DNA of 32,000 bases, from positions 420,001 to 452,000 of the forward strand of contig JASBSB010000001.1 in NCBI GenBank assembly GCA_030149205.1, written 5' to 3'. Below the pieces are notes generated by a model. It did no database searches. It worked only from the letters and a program-made list of their open reading frames with translations, and had not been told where the DNA came from. Positions 26,424 through 32,000 of the stretch are shown here, in pieces (the first letter of the stretch is position 1; each line of letters opens with the position of its first letter). The translations under genes were made by a program, and so were the position numbers. The DNA is from Candidatus Heimdallarchaeota archaeon. GTDB lineage: Archaea; Asgardarchaeota; Heimdallarchaeia; Heimdallarchaeales; Kariarchaeaceae.

Positions 26424-27650
26424 TTGAAAATTGCACTTTTTAGAAGACCTGACACTGTACATATCATTCGGATGGCAAAAAGGTTTAATGAATTAGGTCA
26501 TGAGGTTGTTTTGATATATTTTAAAAGAAAGAGAGACGAAATAGATTATGATCTTCCCGAGCTGTCTAAACGTGGAGTTAAAATAGTATCAGCTTTTGAG
26601 CCATTAAGTGCAAATGCAGCAACACGTCTACTTAGGTATCTGATCAGAAGATTTGGTGGAAAGATTGGAGAGAAATTTGGTGAAATGGTTATTCACAAAC
26701 AGATCGCTAAGAGCCTCGATTCAATATTGCTTGATGAAAAGCCTGATATCCTATTAGCCTACTCGATTCAATTTTACGGTCAAATCTTGGCTTACACTAA
26801 CTTTCAACCCACCTCAATCTATATTATTGGAAGTGATTTTTATCAACAAAACCCTGCTAGCATTAGTGAATATAAACGATGCTTGCAAAAATGTACCATA
26901 ATTCAAGGTCCACATATGCAATTTTTTGATGATTTAAAACAAATTTATGATGTTGATGATTCAAAATTCAAAGTAACCATTGATGGAATTGATAATGAAA
27001 TATTCAACTATAACAAACTATCACCTAAATTTGAGGAACTTAAAAAAAAGTTTGGCATACCTCTTAATAAAAAGGTTATTTTAAGTCCAAGGTCTCTTTC
27101 CCCTATTTATAATTGGGAGGTTCTACTCCAGGCTTTTGCGAAAGCCTCTAGTATACATAGTAAATTTCACCTATATCTTCTAAGTGGATATACTAAAAAT
27201 AGTAATATATCAAAAGCAAAACGTTTGATTAAGCTTAATGGATTAAACGATAAGGTTAGTCTTAATAGCAACTTCTTATCTAGTTATGAATTAGCTGAAA
27301 TTAATTTAATCTCAGATTTTTGTGTATCAATCCCAAAAACGGACATGTTAGGATATTCAATCATTGAATGTATGGTAATGAAATCTTTGCCTATCCTTGG
27401 TGAATTAGAAAATTACCACTATTTTTATGGTGATGATGCAATTTACACAAAAAAAGATATTCCCAGCTTAAAAATGACCTTTCAAAATCTGCCCAATCTT
27501 TCATCTGTCGACTATAAAAGAATGGTTGAAAATAACTATCTAAAGGCTTTAAAACTCGATTGGCGAGTTACTATGAAAAAAACCATCGAAATATATGAAG
27601 ATGTTGTTAAATCCTATAAACAAACGAAGAACATGAACTTTACAGGTTAA
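26424..27650 (+). CDS. GT-B fold glycosyltransferase, family 4
   Basis: HIIRMAKRF..LGHEV, VILSPRSLSPIYNW..LLQAF, and TDMLGYSIIECMVMKSLPI (variant of the GT4 signature). Confidence 0.88.
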   Translation: MKIALFRRPDTVHIIRMAKRFNELGHEVVLIYFKRKRDEIDYDLPELSKRGVKIVSAFEPLSANAATRLLRYLIRRFGGKIGEKFGEMVIHKQIAKSLDSILLDEKPDILLAYSIQFYGQILAYTNFQPTSIYIIGSDFYQQNPASISEYKRCLQKCTIIQGPHMQFFDDLKQIYDVDDSKFKVTIDGIDNEIFNYNKLSPKFEELKKKFGIPLNKKVILSPRSLSPIYNWEVLLQAFAKASSIHSKFHLYLLSGYTKNSNISKAKRLIKLNGLNDKVSLNSNFLSSYELAEINLISDFCVSIPKTDMLGYSIIECMVMKSLPILGELENYHYFYGDDAIYTKKDIPSLKMTFQNLPNLSSVDYKRMVENNYLKALKLDWRVTMKKTIEIYEDVVKSYKQTKNMNFTG

Positions 27651-27677
27651 AATCAAAAAACATGGCTTCTTTACGCA

Positions 27678-28865
27678 TCACTCCTCTTGTGGGTCATAGG
27701 CTTTTCCAATGGCCTTAGGAGGTCTTGTTTTTCCCATAAACCCAGCGAGTGCAAAGAGTGCAATCAAAAAGGGCAAAGACCTTATTAATGGACCAGGGAC
27801 ACTACTGTCCAGTAATCCGGGTGTTGTAGGTAGAGCAATGCTAATGGCATAAAAGTATCCAAAAAAGAAACCTGCAGCAATTGCACCTAAGATAGTCCAA
27901 TTCCCAAAAATCATTGCAACCAATCCGATAAATCCCTGACCTAAGGTCATGTTTTCTTGAAATAGACCGGTCTCCATTGCCAATACTGTGCCTCCTAAAC
28001 CAGCAAACATTGCTGAGAGGATAACAGCAAAATATTGATATTTTCGAACCGGAATTCCGGCAGTGGCTGCAGTGTGGGGACTTTCTCCGATGGAACGAAT
28101 GCGCAGTCCAATATTTGTTTTAAACAAAAAAATATTAGCCAGTGGTAGTAACAAGACAGCAAAATAAATTAGAAAGCTATGTCCATTTATAAGTTCCAAT
28201 GGATCCGGAATAAGTTTTAAAATATCTCCTAAAACAGGTACTCCGAAATACCTACTAAATCTAAGTAAACCAATATATGGACCTAATACAGGGAGTGAGT
28301 AAATGTCAATTATTGGTAGAGTGGTGATTGGATCAGAGCGACCAGGTCTCCAAATTAAAGTTGTTAATGTGTTTGTCAACCCTAGAGCGATCAGATTAAT
28401 TGCAACACCTGTGACAATTTGCTCTGACTTTAGAGTAACTGTGAAGAAAGCATGAACCAGACCTGTGAGACCACTGATTAATATTCCCCCAAGAACACCT
28501 ATAAATGGATTGTTAAATACCCATGTGAAATAAACTGACCCCCAAGCTCCAACCAGCATGACTCCTTCAACACCGATATTAATTACACCTGACCGCTCGT
28601 TAAATGCTGCACCAACAGCGACCAAAACAATTGGTAATCCAAGGATTAGTGTTTGACTCAGCGTTCGTGTTGCAAAGATAGTCTCCCACATTTGGTAATG
28701 GTAACCAAGTATATCTGGTAAAGCCCCACCATTCACAACAATAATCACGGAATTAAAGATGTAAAAAGAGAGTGTAAATAATTCATAGAGGAATAAGAAC
28801 CAAAATATCTTTCTTGAATATTTACCCTTGATAGGTACAAATGAATTAATTTTCTTGATATCCAT
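27678..28865 (-). CDS. ABC transporter permease, BMP/nucleoside (CUT2) type, second subunit
   Basis: ERSGVINIGVEG, GLRIRSIGE.P..A.TAGI, GQGFIGLVAMIFGNW. Its start overlaps the upstream stop by 1 nt. Confidence 0.93.
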   Translation of the reverse strand: MDIKKINSFVPIKGKYSRKIFWFLFLYELFTLSFYIFNSVIIVVNGGALPDILGYHYQMWETIFATRTLSQTLILGLPIVLVAVGAAFNERSGVINIGVEGVMLVGAWGSVYFTWVFNNPFIGVLGGILISGLTGLVHAFFTVTLKSEQIVTGVAINLIALGLTNTLTTLIWRPGRSDPITTLPIIDIYSLPVLGPYIGLLRFSRYFGVPVLGDILKLIPDPLELINGHSFLIYFAVLLLPLANIFLFKTNIGLRIRSIGESPHTAATAGIPVRKYQYFAVILSAMFAGLGGTVLAMETGLFQENMTLGQGFIGLVAMIFGNWTILGAIAAGFFFGYFYAISIALPTTPGLLDSSVPGPLIRSLPFLIALFALAGFMGKTRPPKAIGKAYDPQEE

Positions 28866-30031
28866 CAGGTGCTATCCTCCTTAATTTCAATGATTTGAGT
28901 TTTATTAAACCTTTGAAATTTATTAATTACGATTCGTGATAGGTAAGGAGCTGCAACAAATAAAACAACAAGTGCCTGAAATACGAAAATTAAATCTGAC
29001 GGAATATTAGTTGAAGTATCCAAATTCAATCTGGCTTGTTGTAAAAATCCAAAGAAGAATGCAGCAAGAATAATACCAAAAGGATTATTTAATCCAATAA
29101 GAGAAACAGCTATCCCATCAAATCCCAGTGTCCCTTCGATCCCTATACTGTATCGTGGAACTGAGGAGCTTTGAACCAGCAATATGCCTGCCAGACCTGC
29201 AAGTGCTCCTGAAATAGTCATTGTAATAATGGTGATTCGATCAGATTTAATCCCATTGGCCTCAGCAGCATGTTTATTCAATCCAACCGCTCTTATCTTA
29301 AAACCCAAACGAGTGTAAAACAACACAAAATACATTAAAACCGCGATCAATACGGTTACAAGTAATCCATACGTCACAGATTGCGAGAATGCGGGAAAAA
29401 TCGGAGATAAGGTTGCTGACTTACTGATCAATTCTGTTTGACCATAAGCGTCAACTTTTGTTCTATCAACAAATGGAGAGTATGTTCGGGATCCAACCAA
29501 ATATTGAGCTATATTTAGTGCTAAAATATTTAATAGAATCGTGGTTATGACCTCATGTGCCTCATATTTTGCTCTCATATATCCAGGAAGAAATCCATAA
29601 ATTCCCCCAAAAATTGCACCTATCAACATCGTTGTTGGCACCATGAACAAAGGAAAATTCAAGAATGGAAGGTTTTTTGGAACAATACTAGCCGCCCAAA
29701 TAGCACCAGCTAATCCACCGATAATAAATTGACCTTGACCTCCAATGTTGAAAAGTCCACCTTGGAATGCAATTGCAACTGCTAGTGCAGTCAAGATTAA
29801 AGGTCCACCCCAAAAAAGAATACCACTTAATCCATCTTGAGTAAAGAATACCTGATATACGCCATATTTAAACAGAGCATCCACTGGCAATGCAAAACCA
29901 AACGTAAGTAGAATGAAATACAGAACCATGAGAGATAGAAACGAAAATACTAATGATATAAAAATGATTTGTAAAGAGTTGAATATACCTTTTGTTTTAA
30001 GAATTCCAACCTGTAATCCTGAAGTACTCAT
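28865..30031 (-). CDS. ABC transporter permease, BMP/nucleoside (CUT2) type, first subunit
   Basis: GLFNIGGQGQ, HEVITTILLN, GFKIRAVGLN..AA..NGI, GFDGIAVSLIG.NNP.G. Confidence 0.93.
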   Translation of the reverse strand: MSTSGLQVGILKTKGIFNSLQIIFISLVFSFLSLMVLYFILLTFGFALPVDALFKYGVYQVFFTQDGLSGILFWGGPLILTALAVAIAFQGGLFNIGGQGQFIIGGLAGAIWAASIVPKNLPFLNFPLFMVPTTMLIGAIFGGIYGFLPGYMRAKYEAHEVITTILLNILALNIAQYLVGSRTYSPFVDRTKVDAYGQTELISKSATLSPIFPAFSQSVTYGLLVTVLIAVLMYFVLFYTRLGFKIRAVGLNKHAAEANGIKSDRITIITMTISGALAGLAGILLVQSSSVPRYSIGIEGTLGFDGIAVSLIGLNNPFGIILAAFFFGFLQQARLNLDTSTNIPSDLIFVFQALVVLFVAAPYLSRIVINKFQRFNKTQIIEIKEDST

Positions 30032-30032
30032 G

Positions 30033-31673
30033 TTATTTCCCTCCCTTTCCAGTTGTCATCAGAAGAGACAGTTTCTGCAGTTCTACTTCCTCTCTACTTA
30101 GTTCAGCAACAATTTCCCCTTCAAACATCACAATTAATCGATCAGAAAGTTTGAGAACTTCATCTAAATCTGCACTAATCAATAACACACCAGATCCATT
30201 GTTTCGAAGATTTATAAGCTCTTCATGAACTTGTTCCATAACACCTATATCAACACCTCTGGTTGGTTGACTTGCAATTACAAGATTTGGAGTTTTACTT
30301 AATTCTCTTCCAATTATCACCTTTTGTTGGTTTCCTCCACTTAAGTTCTTAGTTAAGATTTTGGAATTAGGTGCTTTTATATCGTAGGCCTTGATAATTT
30401 TCTTAGAAATATCTTCCATTAATTTTTTTGGAAGAATATATCCTTTATTCAAAGATTCTCTGTTTTCATTATCCTTTATGAATTGATGTGCCTGTTCAAC
30501 ATTTGAGTGGTAGGCTAACCAGACATTTTCCGCAATTGAAAAATTATCTATCAAACCATGTAAATTTCTATCCTCAGGAATAAATCCAATTCCAGAATTT
30601 AAACGATTAAGAGTTGATAACGAGTTAAGGCTAATTGGAACTTCGTTGTTTTTTGAATAATAAAAGATGTTTCCTGCTGTTTCCTTTAATAATCCAATCA
30701 ATATCATTGAGAGTTCTGTCTGACCATTTCCCTCAACTCCTGCTACTCCTAGAATTTCTCCCGTTCTGAGTTCAAATTCTAAGTTTTTTATAATTGGAAC
30801 ATCATTCATTTCATAATTTAGTGATTGAACCGCTAATAACAATTTCTTAGATTTTATCAGTTCTCTATGAATTCTTGAGAGCAACTTGCGACCAACTACT
30901 AAATTTGCAAGAATAGATTCGTCAACATTCTGAGGAAAAACTTCTGAAACTATCTCTCCTTTGCGAATTACAATTATTCGATCAGCTATATGTAACGGTT
31001 CTTTTAGCTTGTGAGAGATGAAGACAATAGACTTTCCAGACTTTCGTAATGATGCCATAGTGTTGAACAGTTGATCTACCTCTAAGGGAGTGAGAACCGC
31101 AGTGGGCTCATCCAATATCAAAAGGTTAGCCTGACGGTACAACTGCTTAAGTATCTCGACCCTTTGTTTGATCCCTACTGGAAGGTCTTCTACTTTTTTA
31201 CTCGGATCAACAGGAAGTTTAAACTCATTGCTAAGTCTCATGATTTCCTCGTTTGTTTTCTCATAGTCCATCAAAATTCTTTGATACCCACTTGAACTTT
31301 TGTCCCTTACAAATTCGTAGCCAAGTGTAATATTTTCTCCTACTGTAAAAGATTCTACAAGTTGAAAATGCTGGAAAACCATACCTATACCTATGTCTAA
31401 GGTTTGTTTCGGTGACTCGAGAAAAACTGGATCTAACCCTTGAGGAGTCCCATCAGAGAACCAGCCCCTATCAACCTCAATCTTCCCAGAATCTAACCGG
31501 TATAATCCATTCAATATTTTCATGAGTGTAGATTTTCCTGCCCCGTTTTCTCCAAGAATAGCAAGTATTTCTCCAGGAAAAATTTCAAATGAAACTTGTT
31601 TTAATGCCTGGACAGAACCAAACGATTTGGAAACATCTGTGACCTTCAAAATAGGTTGACTCGTAGAATTCAA
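30033..31673 (-). CDS. ABC transporter ATP-binding protein with two fused ABC domains (CUT2 type)
   Basis: GENGAGKST, MVFQHF, LILDEPT, ISHKL in the first domain. The second has a degenerate Walker A (GVEGNGQ) and LSGGNQQK, as is typical of the family. Confidence 0.96.
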   Translation of the reverse strand: MNSTSQPILKVTDVSKSFGSVQALKQVSFEIFPGEILAILGENGAGKSTLMKILNGLYRLDSGKIEVDRGWFSDGTPQGLDPVFLESPKQTLDIGIGMVFQHFQLVESFTVGENITLGYEFVRDKSSSGYQRILMDYEKTNEEIMRLSNEFKLPVDPSKKVEDLPVGIKQRVEILKQLYRQANLLILDEPTAVLTPLEVDQLFNTMASLRKSGKSIVFISHKLKEPLHIADRIIVIRKGEIVSEVFPQNVDESILANLVVGRKLLSRIHRELIKSKKLLLAVQSLNYEMNDVPIIKNLEFELRTGEILGVAGVEGNGQTELSMILIGLLKETAGNIFYYSKNNEVPISLNSLSTLNRLNSGIGFIPEDRNLHGLIDNFSIAENVWLAYHSNVEQAHQFIKDNENRESLNKGYILPKKLMEDISKKIIKAYDIKAPNSKILTKNLSGGNQQKVIIGRELSKTPNLVIASQPTRGVDIGVMEQVHEELINLRNNGSGVLLISADLDEVLKLSDRLIVMFEGEIVAELSREEVELQKLSLLMTTGKGGK

Positions 31674-31746
31674 TAGTTGAACTTTGAAAATTTTAATTAA
31701 AGCATTGCTCTAAAATTGTAACTTCTCAATAAAAATTTAAGGTAAT

Positions 31747-32000
31747 TTAATTTTTCTTATATTTTTTCAAGATTGGAATAAGTGCAATTGCAAACACAAA
31801 TCCAAGAATGTTAAATGGTAAGGGATTTGTTGCTGTTGCAGTAGTGTTGTAGAAAGACACCTTAAAGCTGGTTGCTGGCGTGTTTGTGGAGGTAGCGCTG
31901 ACTGTGATTTTTCCATCAATAATCTCTTGTCGAATATTTTGGGTGATGTTCCATCTTGTTAGGTCGTTTGCAAATAGACCATCTCTTACTGTTTTTGTGT
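31747..32000 (-). CDS. 3' end of a probable BMP-family substrate-binding protein with a Thr/Ser-rich linker and C-terminal TM anchor (partial)
   Basis: Not in the ORF track. My translation is ...IRQEIIDGKITVSATSTNTPATSFKVSFYNTTATATNPLPFNILGFVFAIALIPILKKYKKN*. IIDGKI.V resembles the BMP C-terminus, and it sits first in the ABC operon. Confidence 0.75.
   Translation of the reverse strand, partial: TKTVRDGLFANDLTRWNITQNIRQEIIDGKITVSATSTNTPATSFKVSFYNTTATATNPLPFNILGFVFAIALIPILKKYKKN

Noticed and set aside
11606-30101. Other short opposite-strand or overlapping ORFs (11606, 15214, 18498, 18935, 20594, 22680, 24060, 29913)
   Set aside because: Each overlaps a longer, better-supported gene and none has recognisable motifs.
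1-32000. Apparent excess of TTG/GTG start codons
   Set aside because: The ORF track extends to the most upstream possible start, and several genes have a nearby in-frame ATG, so this may be an artefact.
1-32000. CRISPR arrays, tRNA/rRNA genes, IS elements or integrases
   Set aside because: No regularly spaced repeats, cloverleaf-like or GC-rich structural RNA segments, or transposase/integrase motifs were seen. Intergenic gaps are short and AT-rich.

Overview
AT-rich, gene-dense prokaryotic window. I infer an Asgard archaeon (Heimdallarchaeia-like) from a Rab-like small GTPase, a probable roadblock-domain protein, dense N-glycosylation sequons in surface domains and an archaeal-type C-terminal membrane anchor. 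No marker gene confirms this. From left to right it holds: two AT-rich orphan genes behind a beta-class DNA amino-methyltransferase; icmF; a circularly permuted ATP-grasp ligase tail-to-tail with an M14 (AstE/AspA) peptidase; a zinc-ribbon membrane protein; a 586-aa membrane-anchored protein; a HAD hydrolase; a small GTPase preceded by a 569-aa protein with a roadblock-like C-terminus and a MinD-like amphipathic helix; corA; an alpha/beta hydrolase; a SAM methyltransferase; a three-gene ATGA-coupled membrane operon; a decayed phosphotransferase pseudogene; a GT4 glycosyltransferase; and a BMP-type nucleoside/sugar ABC operon cut by the window edge. The best candidate for a new system is the operon at 18789-25374. 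Its middle gene has a dCache domain with an inserted MIDAS-bearing VWA domain, collinear with the animal Ca-channel alpha2delta/CACHD1 ectodomain. It is followed by a second dCache receptor with tandem winged-helix-like tails and preceded by a polytopic S-component-like/Ig-repeat membrane protein. All homology calls come from motif recognition by eye and remembered reference sequences; no searches were run. No rRNA, tRNA, CRISPR array or transposase was recognised.
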